Below are positions 1-9,213 of a stretch of 64,000 nt of DNA, piece by piece. The notes below the pieces were generated by a model. That model saw only the letters and a list, made by a program, of their open reading frames with translations. It was not told the origin of the DNA and made no database searches. The stretch is from the IMG/VR virus record IMGVR_UViG_3300035498_002028; one strand, given 5' to 3'. The stretch's first letter is position 1; each line of letters opens with the position of its first letter. The position numbers were made by a program, and so were the translations under genes. Origin of the DNA: a virus (lineage: Duplodnaviria > Heunggongvirae > Uroviricota > Caudoviricetes).

Positions 1-775
1 TTACAATACCAGAGCAACTACAACTATCAAAACCAATTTTATGATGGAACGAACCTGTATCAATAAGTTTAAAAAACTTCTTTACCCTTTCGTCATTTGC
101 GTTAAGCATATTCTCTTCAACGCCTAATCCAACAGGCTTGTATAACAGGAATATAACTGCATTTATTCCCTTTGTAAAACTGTCGTTTTCTAATTTTTCA
201 ATTGCTGCATCAATTGTTTTATTGCTCAATACATAATGGATGTTCGTTTTCACACCAGCATCTAATAATAATTTAACCGCATTATTTGTATAATCAGCAA
301 AGTGTTCTGATACTGCAACTGCGCCACAATACTTCTTACAAATCTCTGCTTTTTCCTTAGTCATTGTAATTCCACTTGTTGTAAAATTCGGCACAATATC
401 ATATTGCCTACATACCTTTAAAATTTCCTCAAATGATTCATGCGTGTCTACATCTCCGGCTCCACCTAATGCACACTGAAACATTTTACCCTTACACTGT
501 TCGATGATTTTTGTAAAATCTTTTAAAGACATATTATTTCCAACTCTATCAATGGCTTTTTGGTAACAATCCACATTGCACTTATGAGCACATACACAAG
601 TTTGCATAATCCCAATGTCCAAAAGCTCCGGATAAGAACTCATAAAAGGGTCAACACCAGTATCATTTCCATTTTCATCAAACACTCCACTTCTTGCATA
701 AAACCCTGTTTGTGGAGCAAACATAGAAATAAATCTATTCTTCTTATCAAACTTAGTAATCATCTTATTTTCCAT
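1..775 (-). CDS. Radical SAM protein (runs off window start)
   Basis: Hand translation from ATG 775 (RBS AAGGAG): MENKMITKFDKKNRF...CVCAHKCNVDCYQ...ALGGAGD...VPNFTTSG. Not in the ORF track because it is truncated. Confidence 0.85.
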   Translation of the reverse strand, partial: MENKMITKFDKKNRFISMFAPQTGFYARSGVFDENGNDTGVDPFMSSYPELLDIGIMQTCVCAHKCNVDCYQKAIDRVGNNMSLKDFTKIIEQCKGKMFQCALGGAGDVDTHESFEEILKVCRQYDIVPNFTTSGITMTKEKAEICKKYCGAVAVSEHFADYTNNAVKLLLDAGVKTNIHYVLSNKTIDAAIEKLENDSFTKGINAVIFLLYKPVGLGVEENMLNANDERVKKFFKLIDTGSFHHKIGFDSCSCSGIV

Positions 776-788
776 GACTTAATCTCCT

Positions 789-1655
789 TTAAAATCCTGT
801 TTGCTTTCCAACGAAATTTATTGGTTTTCCTGTAGCCTTATCTACTCCATGACCAACGACTTTAACAGAATAATCTTCCCAATGTTCTCCCTTTTTGTGC
901 CACTTTGTTTCATCTTCATAATAACCATCTGTATACGCAATAACGAACTGAACTGTTCCTTTGAAATTCTTTATCCATGTTGTAGTCCATCTTCTGTCTT
1001 TGTGATAATCAAAATCCGGATTATACTTCAACACTTCATCCAAAAGAAAAACGGAAACCAATCCTGCATCTGCACAAAATTCTCCAATTTCTTCTTCTGT
1101 ATCGGTATTATATGTAGTGCAGCTCCAATCGCCATATAATGTATCTCTTGTCATATATGTATGGATTCCAAGCACTTCCATTTTTGAGCCATAATCACAA
1201 GCATACCAATCATTATCTGTTAATGGTTTAGTTCCATGATGTTCAGCTCTCATAATATAACAAGGGTCTGTAATAATGATATCTCCATCAAATTCTACAG
1301 GTTCACTATCCAAATATCTGGTTCCATCATATGTTGATTTATACTCAAACATCATAGAAAATGCTTCAATATCAATTTCTTTGAGCCACTTAATATATAA
1401 TGCATAACCATGTTCATATTTATCAGCATCGCAATAATCAAAATATCCGTACTTTATGTCAGAACAAAAACTGAATATTTTATACGTATTCCCTTCTTGC
1501 ATAACAGAATCAAATCTTTTAATAAGTTTCTCTTTGTTCTCTTCAAGAATAAGATTGCAAGTTTTAATTCCATTTACAATGATATCTCTTCTTTTTGCAA
1601 TTTCTGAGTTATACCATTTCTCTTTTTCTTGCTGCCATTCCTTATCCATTTTCAT
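789..1655 (-). CDS. Hypothetical protein
   Basis: 288-aa ORF, tightly coupled to both neighbours. Confidence 0.75.
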   Translation of the reverse strand: MKMDKEWQQEKEKWYNSEIAKRRDIIVNGIKTCNLILEENKEKLIKRFDSVMQEGNTYKIFSFCSDIKYGYFDYCDADKYEHGYALYIKWLKEIDIEAFSMMFEYKSTYDGTRYLDSEPVEFDGDIIITDPCYIMRAEHHGTKPLTDNDWYACDYGSKMEVLGIHTYMTRDTLYGDWSCTTYNTDTEEEIGEFCADAGLVSVFLLDEVLKYNPDFDYHKDRRWTTTWIKNFKGTVQFVIAYTDGYYEDETKWHKKGEHWEDYSVKVVGHGVDKATGKPINFVGKQTGF

Positions 1656-3078
1656 TCTCCTTATATAGAATTACTTTGGTTTCCAGTCCACGTTCTTTCG
1701 CAAGTTTAATCATGTGCAATGTTCCTTTTGATTTTCCATCCCAGAATGCATATAATATTCCATTGCCCTTACTAGCATAACTAGCCATGTCAGCATTTCT
1801 TAGATATCCTGCACGTTTCCCAAATGTATTCCAATTAGCTGGCATTTTTACAAGATTTATGTTGTGTTCTTCTGCAAATCTTTCACCTAGCTTATCAGCT
1901 CCATTTGCTGTGCCAGATATTATAGTCATATTTTCAAAATTGTTTTCATTCTCCATCAAATGCTTTGATAATAATTCATAATCCGTAAACGACCTACTAC
2001 CAGCAACAATTATTCTTATATCATCTTTCTTTTCCATAGCTTCCTCCAAACCATATTGCTCAAATAATTCTTCTACGAAACAATCCATACTATGAATTAG
2101 TTTAATGCAATTACCGTGTGATGCATGAGCTTTCCATGAACCATATTTTTCATAGAAATCTTTTACCGATAATTCGCCTTTTGCAATCAGCTTTACATAT
2201 TTTCTAAGTCTCTTCTTAATCTGCCTTTTATTATCGCCAGTCAGTTTGCGAATTACTTTACCTTCTTCTGTTATATATGTGTGAAATCCCAGAAAACGGA
2301 TACCTTTTTTCAATGGGACAATTTCTGTTTTGTCGTTCAATGTCAGATGTAATGTTGACAAATACTCTTGTATAGCATTCAAACAAAATTGTAAATATTC
2401 TTTATCTTTTGCTATCAAGTAAAAATCGTCCATATACCTTCCATAAAATTTACATCCTAACTCTCCTGTTATAAAATGGTCTAAACCATTTAAGAACATT
2501 AGTGCAAAAACCTGGCTTATCTGGTTTCCTAATGGAAGCCCTACTCCATCTGTGCTGTCAATAAATAAGTCACATACATACTGTACTTCTTTATCGTTTA
2601 TGTAATAATGGACGATATTTCTTAGTATCTCGTGGTCAATACTATAAAAGAATTTGGTTATATCACATTTTAATATATATCCGTCATAACCATTTTCTTC
2701 ATAAAACTCAGATATGTTTTCAGATAGCCTATCAAGCCCGAACAAAGTCCCTTTGCCTATCTGACCAGCATAATTGTCTTTAATGAAAATGTTCTCCATC
2801 TTTGGCAATAATACATAATCACATAGACAATGCTGTAAAACTTTGTCTCTAAAAGAACCGGACTTTACAACTCTTCTTTTTGGTTCGCTGACAATAAATT
2901 CTGTATATGGCGAAATTTTGTATTGATGATTCATTAACTGTTGCTTCATCAAATACAGGTTTTCAAGTGCCATCAAATCAAATTTGACAGCACTTGATTT
3001 TTTACCTTTACCGCGCATAGAAACTTTATATGAGCGATACAGATTTTCAAAGCTAATTAACTTTTGAAAATCTTCCAT
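1642..3078 (-). CDS. DGR reverse transcriptase with C-terminal SLOG (DUF2493/YspA-like) domain
   Basis: RT motifs YAGQIGKGT, GLPLGNQISQ, RYMDDF. From residue ~348: IRIIVAGSRSFTDY...IISGTANGADKLGERFA...RNADM...AFWDGKSKGT (SLOG fold). Confidence 0.92.
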   Translation of the reverse strand: MEDFQKLISFENLYRSYKVSMRGKGKKSSAVKFDLMALENLYLMKQQLMNHQYKISPYTEFIVSEPKRRVVKSGSFRDKVLQHCLCDYVLLPKMENIFIKDNYAGQIGKGTLFGLDRLSENISEFYEENGYDGYILKCDITKFFYSIDHEILRNIVHYYINDKEVQYVCDLFIDSTDGVGLPLGNQISQVFALMFLNGLDHFITGELGCKFYGRYMDDFYLIAKDKEYLQFCLNAIQEYLSTLHLTLNDKTEIVPLKKGIRFLGFHTYITEEGKVIRKLTGDNKRQIKKRLRKYVKLIAKGELSVKDFYEKYGSWKAHASHGNCIKLIHSMDCFVEELFEQYGLEEAMEKKDDIRIIVAGSRSFTDYELLSKHLMENENNFENMTIISGTANGADKLGERFAEEHNINLVKMPANWNTFGKRAGYLRNADMASYASKGNGILYAFWDGKSKGTLHMIKLAKERGLETKVILYKENENG

Positions 3079-3192
3079 ATTATTCCTTTGTCTTTATCCC
3101 GAATTACACGAGAAAGGTTATATACTCTTTTGATGATGTGGCGCACTCCTTTTAGCTGCCAAAGCAACTTACTAGCTCTCGCAATCCACCAG

Positions 3193-3274
3193 AACGGACG
3201 AACACCGTTGCAATAGTCACAATCATTCCAATTCAACGTACCATTGGAGTTGACGTAGCAAACGTTACGAGCAT
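3193..3274 (-). ncRNA. DGR template repeat (TR)
   Basis: 82-bp near-copy of 3701-3782, rich in AAC/AAT codons, lying between avd and RT. Confidence 0.95.
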
Positions 3275-3296
3275 CAGTATATAACCTAAAGAGCTG

Positions 3297-3671
3297 TTAG
3301 CTTTTTCTCCACGCAAGCGTCATAAATTTTATATCGTGTGCCAATCCAGTCCATTCTTCGCATGTCGCTGCGCTTATGCGATTTCTGCTAAAACTATAGT
3401 CTGTTAGGTCTAAGAATTTATTTACGTTTGTGATAGCTTCTGTTTGTAAATCAAATCTCTTAGATTTATGTTCCGGCGAATCAGAACGGAATGAATTGGC
3501 ATCTAAAACATTGCTATGAATATTTAAAACATATTCCTGCAATTTTCCTGCTAGGCAACGAAATTTTGATGGATAATGAGCTTTATCTGTTGTGGAATCA
3601 AACACCTTAAACATCAATTGTTTCGCCTTGTCGCCTATGTCGAATTTTACTTCTCCATTACTCATCTTCAA
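3297..3671 (-). CDS. avd: DGR accessory variability determinant (Avd, four-helix bundle)
   Basis: 124-aa helical protein (YPSKFRCLAGKLQ...ISAATCEEW...LAWRK) between target and TR. Confidence 0.85.
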   Translation of the reverse strand: MKMSNGEVKFDIGDKAKQLMFKVFDSTTDKAHYPSKFRCLAGKLQEYVLNIHSNVLDANSFRSDSPEHKSKRFDLQTEAITNVNKFLDLTDYSFSRNRISAATCEEWTGLAHDIKFMTLAWRKS

Positions 3672-4278
3672 GAATCAAGATTGAAGATTTCAAAATCAAA
3701 AACGGACGAACACCGCCGCAAAAGCCACAACCAAACCAACCCAACGCACCACCGGAGCCGACGTAGCAAACGCCACGAGCATAATCTGGTGTATTGCTAA
3801 CTCTTGTAGCAGTCCACCACCAACTTCCGTATGCAGGAATGTACTCTCTGTATCTTCTATATAAATCGTTTGTGATAAGAGAAACATAATCTCTACAAAT
3901 AACGCCCTTATCGGTTCCATCATCAGCAGTCAGCTTAACTTTGTGCTGAACAATATTTTCTCTTCCGATTTCCTTACAGAGTTTATTGTAGTAATTCTCA
4001 TTCAAGAATTTACGCACATCACTTTTTGCATAGTTTCCATCGTTTCCAAATTCCATCTTTTTAACAAACTCTGTATCAAGAACAGCCGTTGTCTCTTCTC
4101 CGTGTCCTAAAACGATATAACTACGACTGCCAATCTTGACAACTTTGCCGCATTCGACTTTACCAAGCTCAATATCATCAGACTTCTCGTTGATAGTAAT
4201 GACTACACTATTTGCATCGTTCTCGTCTACTGTGACTTTAAGCCCAGGAACATTGTTTTTGATTTCGATATTCTTCAT
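3658..4278 (-). CDS. DGR target protein with C-terminal CLec-type variable domain (DUF6273-like)
   Basis: WWWTAT...VCYV...GVRP C-terminus. Likely start ATG 4278 after GGAGG; the track start (4329) lies in the promoter. Confidence 0.88.
   Translation of the reverse strand: MKNIEIKNNVPGLKVTVDENDANSVVITINEKSDDIELGKVECGKVVKIGSRSYIVLGHGEETTAVLDTEFVKKMEFGNDGNYAKSDVRKFLNENYYNKLCKEIGRENIVQHKVKLTADDGTDKGVICRDYVSLITNDLYRRYREYIPAYGSWWWTATRVSNTPDYARGVCYVGSGGALGWFGCGFCGGVRPFLILKSSILILEDE
3701..3782 (-). repeat. DGR variable repeat (VR)
   Basis: 16 mismatches to TR, all at TR adenines; ATCTTCAA-N9-TTGAAGAT hairpin just downstream (3664-3688). Confidence 0.95.
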
Positions 4279-4408
4279 TTTTGATTTACCTCCATATATT
4301 GTTTTTCTGTCTTGGTTATAATATATCATACAGCTCTTATGCTGTCAATACTTTATCTGTATTATTTATAAAAAGATACTTTTATCAATATTGAATTGAT
4401 TAGACATA

Positions 4409-4588
4409 TCAATTTGTTCCCAGCCTTCTCAATTCATCATGTATGATTTTTGCTCCGGTTGCTTCAAGAACCATATTGGTAATCATTCTTCTAGTTGCAA
4501 TCTTATGTTTCTTACAAGGTTTATTACAATACTTAATTCTTCTGCACTTATCACAATCACCATCTTCTAACCACTGGTCAGCGCTCAT
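4409..4588 (-). CDS. Small Cys-rich hypothetical protein (59 aa)
   Basis: Hand translation MSADQWLEDGDCDKCRRIKYC..., RBS AGGAGG; below the track cutoff. Confidence 0.65.
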   Translation of the reverse strand: MSADQWLEDGDCDKCRRIKYCNKPCKKHKIATRRMITNMVLEATGAKIIHDELRRLGTN

Positions 4589-4947
4589 ACTAATGCCTCC
4601 TTCTTATAGTTCATATACAAAGAAATTGCCGTAGGACATACCACACAATCTCCATATTTATATTGGCATCTATCATGCTTGTCACAATCATAGCAAACAT
4701 TCTCTCTTATATCATAGATGACATCTTCACCAATCCATCCATCCATTCTAACATCCTCTCTATTCTCATGACAGTAATGCTCTTTTAATTCATAGCATTG
4801 ATTACATAAATACAAAGAGTTGAAATCTCCGCAGAACTTGCCATACTCATATACACATTTAATCCCTTTCGAGATTATTTGATTGCATATATCACACTTA
4901 TGTTCTTTTCTTGCTCGTACCTTTTTAATATTCCAGAAATCAGACAT
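4585..4947 (-). CDS. Cys-rich hypothetical protein
   Basis: CxxC pairs, coupled stop/start. Confidence 0.7.
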   Translation of the reverse strand: MSDFWNIKKVRARKEHKCDICNQIISKGIKCVYEYGKFCGDFNSLYLCNQCYELKEHYCHENREDVRMDGWIGEDVIYDIRENVCYDCDKHDRCQYKYGDCVVCPTAISLYMNYKKEALV

Positions 4948-4951
4948 ACTA

Positions 4952-5140
4952 TCATTCCTTTATACATTGTTTTAATTGTGCAATTATTTCCTTCACTTCT
5001 TTCACAGTGTAATCAACCTCTGAATATCCTTGATGTATATTGATAAGACCAGTCTCTTTATCTTTATAGAAACTAATACCATCATTCTGTCCTTTGCTTG
5101 CGTTTACACCGTAATATTTCGTCTTAACCATCTCATTCAC
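4952..5140 (-). CDS. Hypothetical protein
   Basis: 62-aa ORF in operon. Confidence 0.6.
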   Translation of the reverse strand: MNEMVKTKYYGVNASKGQNDGISFYKDKETGLINIHQGYSEVDYTVKEVKEIIAQLKQCIKE

Positions 5141-6035
5141 CTACATAGACCAACGAATCAATGTAGTCCCTTCCGTCACCTTTGAATAAAGGGATTTCAT
5201 TATCTATAATCCACTGTTCTCTTGCTCTAAAATTTGCTCCGTCCGGTTCGCCAACAACAACTTTTTTACAGCAACTTCCTCTTTTGCAAGTCGTTGGTAA
5301 ATCATTCCAATTGATAGCTTTTTGTAACATGAGCATATCCTGGATATCATTGCAACTCTTGTTTTGTAATTCTCTGTGACTAAAATTTGCTTGTCCTACC
5401 ATCTGAATAGAGTTTCTAGTAGCATCCAGTTGCCGCCAATAAACCAAGTTGGTAACTTCTTCCTTTGGAATGTTGAAACATCGAGCATCAAACATAGCGC
5501 CTTTGTCCACCGCATTTTTATATATTGATAGGTATTTACCGTTATTACAAAAAATTTCATTATTTTCGTTTATTATTTTCTTCTTTTCTTCATCTGTTAT
5601 TTCATCATCAAAATAATAACCTTCGTAGAAATGCCGTTTTGCTTTCTCAAATTTCCATATAAAACTATCAACATTTTTAGCGAAAAACTTATTAAATGCC
5701 ATTGTAGCCATTGAAGCTGCAATGCTACACATTTTCTGTACTTCATAATCAAACCATGCAGAAGTTGTGAGTTTCTGGTAGTCAATCAAAATCAGTGTGA
5801 TTTCGTCTGACTGAGTATAGCCTAATACACAACCTTGAATATTCTCACATAAATATTTCATTGTTTCCTGCATAACTTTTTGAAGAACAAAATCAAACGG
5901 TCTAATAAATCCTCTGGTGAATGTATGAAATGATTTTCCATCCAATCTCATAGCAACAGGACATCTCCGCATAAGAGAAGATTTTGAGACTGCTTCATAA
6001 TTTTTCATTCGTTTCGCTAAATCACTCGTGTCCAT
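5133..6035 (-). CDS. thg1: tRNA-His guanylyltransferase (Thg1-like)
   Basis: RLDGKSFHTFT, GYTQSDEI, AMFDAR, WRQLDATRNS motifs. Confidence 0.92.
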   Translation of the reverse strand: MDTSDLAKRMKNYEAVSKSSLMRRCPVAMRLDGKSFHTFTRGFIRPFDFVLQKVMQETMKYLCENIQGCVLGYTQSDEITLILIDYQKLTTSAWFDYEVQKMCSIAASMATMAFNKFFAKNVDSFIWKFEKAKRHFYEGYYFDDEITDEEKKKIINENNEIFCNNGKYLSIYKNAVDKGAMFDARCFNIPKEEVTNLVYWRQLDATRNSIQMVGQANFSHRELQNKSCNDIQDMLMLQKAINWNDLPTTCKRGSCCKKVVVGEPDGANFRAREQWIIDNEIPLFKGDGRDYIDSLVYVGE

Positions 6036-6378
6036 GCTTGTCCTCCAATTCTTTTATGAATTCTTTAAATTTAGATTCAAAGTTTATTGTCAAACCATGA
6101 CAAGATTTATGAATCCTTTTTAATTCCTCAACTTCTTCTTCGCTAAGTTGATAAGCAATATACCATTCCGCATCCTTTGTCCATTTCATATCCTCAAGAT
6201 ATCTAAGAGCACCAATAAAACCATTCCCAAGTACACATCCATCTTCATAATAAAAGTAACCGTTAGAATAATGAATGCTTTCGTATGAAGCTAATTTATT
6301 GCATTTAACTATGTAGTTGTTCTCCATGCATTTAACTAACATTTCGCGCAATGAATTGCATTTTAATACCCTACACAT
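6022..6378 (-). CDS. Hypothetical protein
   Basis: 118-aa ORF in operon. Confidence 0.65.
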   Translation of the reverse strand: MCRVLKCNSLREMLVKCMENNYIVKCNKLASYESIHYSNGYFYYEDGCVLGNGFIGALRYLEDMKWTKDAEWYIAYQLSEEEVEELKRIHKSCHGLTINFESKFKEFIKELEDKHGHE

Positions 6379-6968
6379 TATCTACCTCCATCGAACATCT
6401 TTTTATAAAATTGTACCGACATAAGTTCATCTCTAAGTTCTGGATACATTTTGTGCAACTTGGGATTAACCATTGACATCCATTCTTTTCGTCTGTCAAA
6501 TACCATTGCTTCACGCACCATTGTTGCTGAAATAGGAATCCTGCCACGATTGACGATAAATTCAGATGTATCTCTAATATCCTCTGGGTCAAACCATTTG
6601 CTGCGTGATTCATCATTGCCATAAATCATAAGTTCCGGCGCTTTATATATGTATCTATCAACATTTTCAAGCAAATATCTGCCCCATTCTGGTCGAATAT
6701 CATTCTCATCTGTCAAGTCAGAAATTCCGTAAATAAGAATATTTTCACTGTTACCATAAATATTCCTTAACATTTTTGTTCTCGTGTTGATATTAAATGG
6801 GTTCCTTTCCGTTCCGCATTCTTGTGCTGAACCAATCAAAATCAATATCCTATCGCATAACTTAATACCTGTTTCTACCAGGGATTCATGCCCTATATGA
6901 AAAGTTTGGAACCTTCCGCATATAAGACCTACATCATATGGTTTCATATTTTTTCCTATGCCTTTCAT
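6378..6968 (-). CDS. Nicotinamide-nucleotide adenylyltransferase (NadM/NadR-type)
   Basis: GRFQTFHIGH (HxGH), IGSAQ, RNPF, ISAT.VR. Confidence 0.88.
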   Translation of the reverse strand: MKGIGKNMKPYDVGLICGRFQTFHIGHESLVETGIKLCDRILILIGSAQECGTERNPFNINTRTKMLRNIYGNSENILIYGISDLTDENDIRPEWGRYLLENVDRYIYKAPELMIYGNDESRSKWFDPEDIRDTSEFIVNRGRIPISATMVREAMVFDRRKEWMSMVNPKLHKMYPELRDELMSVQFYKKMFDGGR

Positions 6969-7006
6969 CTATAATCAATCCAGTATCGCTCATAACTAAT
7001 CTTCCA

Positions 7007-7741
7007 TCACTCAACAGGAAATGATGGTATTAGTTGCAACTTAAATAAATTCTTTTCGTGCATCGCATCAATCTTTTCTTTGATATCTGTATCCTCACAT
7101 ATGCCCGTTCTGATATATCTATTAAGAACCTCATATGTAAAACCAAGATTGTCCTCATCTGTTTTTCCGCACAGTCCATCAGAAGGAACTTTTCTTGTCA
7201 ATTCCGCAGGAAGTCCGCACTCTTCGCCAATTGCAATTACTTCATCCGATGTGAGATTTGCTAATGGGCTGAAATCTCCGGCAGCATCCCCATAACGAGT
7301 AGCATATCCAACCCAATCTTCTGACAAATTACATGTATTAGCCACTCTACCATTCATACTTTGCGATACTGCATATAATGTCGCCATACGAATGCGCGCT
7401 GGAAGATTTATAGTTGTTTGTTGGCTTACACATCCAACTTTTCGTAAAACCTCTCTACTGATATCATCGAATGCATGTCCAATATTAAGCTCATATGACG
7501 TAATACCTAATAGTCTAACAACTTCGCGTGAATCTTCGATGTCTAGTTGCTTTCCATTAGGCATAAGCACACCAATAACTCTATCTGCACCAAGAGCTTC
7601 TACACATAAAGATGCAACAACGCTTGAATCTTTTCCTCCGGAAATGCCAATAACTGCATTACATCCTTTTCCATTCTTTTCAAACCACTCTTTAATCCAG
7701 TTTACACATCTTGCTTTTTGTACCTTTGCATCAAACATCAA
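7007..7741 (-). CDS. nadE: NH3-dependent NAD synthetase
   Basis: GISGGKDSSVV, NLPARIRMATLY, GYATRYGD, PSDGL, DEDNLG. Confidence 0.93.
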   Translation of the reverse strand: MMFDAKVQKARCVNWIKEWFEKNGKGCNAVIGISGGKDSSVVASLCVEALGADRVIGVLMPNGKQLDIEDSREVVRLLGITSYELNIGHAFDDISREVLRKVGCVSQQTTINLPARIRMATLYAVSQSMNGRVANTCNLSEDWVGYATRYGDAAGDFSPLANLTSDEVIAIGEECGLPAELTRKVPSDGLCGKTDEDNLGFTYEVLNRYIRTGICEDTDIKEKIDAMHEKNLFKLQLIPSFPVE

Positions 7742-9213
7742 AATTTACCTCCATGTAAGTTATCTCTTATTTCTTTAAGTGACTGCTCTACAACCATATG
7801 TCCGTCTATAAAAACAGGCTTCAATAAATTCGTATTTGCTGCCTTTGCTTCATCCCATGTATGACCATCTGAAAATAAAATATTGTCATTCTCATCAAGG
7901 TTTACTAAGCAACATCCTTTCTGTGATTTTTTAAATCCTCCATCTTTTGGATTTTTAAATATCGGATATGGCTTTCCGTTAATTTCACAGTATGTTGCTT
8001 TAATGCAAGAGCTAAACGTATCTCTTGTAAATGGCTTTAAAATGCCGTCCTCTTCAATACACTGGAATGAAAATGACCCAACGCCAAGTGCAACATTTGA
8101 ACAAGCAAATCCATTATCCATAAGAATCTGATAAATCTGTTCGCATCGCTGAACCGTGATAGAATCGCCGTAAATTGCCTTTACATGTGGATTTAACACC
8201 TTATAGCCTTTGCTATTGACTGTACCGCCAAACTCGTCCCACAACTTGAATACTGTTCTTGTAACTACCTCTACACAATCACCAGAATCTCCACGCATCA
8301 ACATACAACCATTATGCGCCAAGATTTCATCTTTGAGCTGCGGAAGGATATTTTCAATAACATTCCAATAATCATAAGAATCCAACACGGCAGAAAAACT
8401 TGTGTTTGGATAAATGTCTGTGAGTAATCTTCTAAGCAAAGTAATCTCGTCACCATCTGCCGCATAATTGCTACACATAACTGAATGCTCTGTACTAGGG
8501 CTACCAAATGCGACAGGTTCCTTTGTACAATCACAATTATAATTGTTTTCAAGATATGGAATTGTAGGCACTGTAGCAGTATTGAGGAATGATAAACACC
8601 AACCTGCGCCTGCCTTAATAGCTGATTCTGTACATTCTTCGCCACGGAAATCAAATGCTCCCAAAGCCCTTGCCCTCGGAATATCATCATCGCAAGTCAA
8701 ATCATAATACTTGTTTACAATCTGACGATAAGTATATCCCACGGTTGCTGCTAACATCGGATGCCAGCTCTCGGCAGAAATTAAACTTTCAAGCGATTGC
8801 GGCAGCCAGGCGAAATCTGGATGTGTATTTGTAATTCCAAACATTGGGACATGCATCGGTACAATTGTTCCTTCCGGCAATGCTACAATCTCAATCGGTA
8901 AATATCCTAACTTATGAAGGTTTTCAATCTTATCAATCTTATAGGCTTCCGCTCCAAGTGAAGCATCCATAATCCGCTTATATTCTCCTATTACTTCTTC
9001 AAAGTCCTTGCCAAAGAACTCATTGTTGAAATAATCAATTAGATATGTCTTAATAAAGCCCTGTAAACCAAACATTACGACACTATCCCATCTGTTTACT
9101 CTACTCATTCTCGGAGTAAAGTAAGATACGGACTTCGTAATTCCTTCCGGTAACATTTCTGCATGAACCGCCTTGTAAAAATCAATTAGCAGCATAGGAT
9201 TTGTTTTATTCAT
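7738..9213 (-). CDS. Nicotinamide/nicotinate phosphoribosyltransferase (NAMPT-like)
   Basis: LIDFYKAVH, DFRG, STEHSVM, DSYD, RGDSGD, YGDSIT, KKSQKG. Confidence 0.92.
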   Translation of the reverse strand: MNKTNPMLLIDFYKAVHAEMLPEGITKSVSYFTPRMSRVNRWDSVVMFGLQGFIKTYLIDYFNNEFFGKDFEEVIGEYKRIMDASLGAEAYKIDKIENLHKLGYLPIEIVALPEGTIVPMHVPMFGITNTHPDFAWLPQSLESLISAESWHPMLAATVGYTYRQIVNKYYDLTCDDDIPRARALGAFDFRGEECTESAIKAGAGWCLSFLNTATVPTIPYLENNYNCDCTKEPVAFGSPSTEHSVMCSNYAADGDEITLLRRLLTDIYPNTSFSAVLDSYDYWNVIENILPQLKDEILAHNGCMLMRGDSGDCVEVVTRTVFKLWDEFGGTVNSKGYKVLNPHVKAIYGDSITVQRCEQIYQILMDNGFACSNVALGVGSFSFQCIEEDGILKPFTRDTFSSCIKATYCEINGKPYPIFKNPKDGGFKKSQKGCCLVNLDENDNILFSDGHTWDEAKAANTNLLKPVFIDGHMVVEQSLKEIRDNLHGGKF

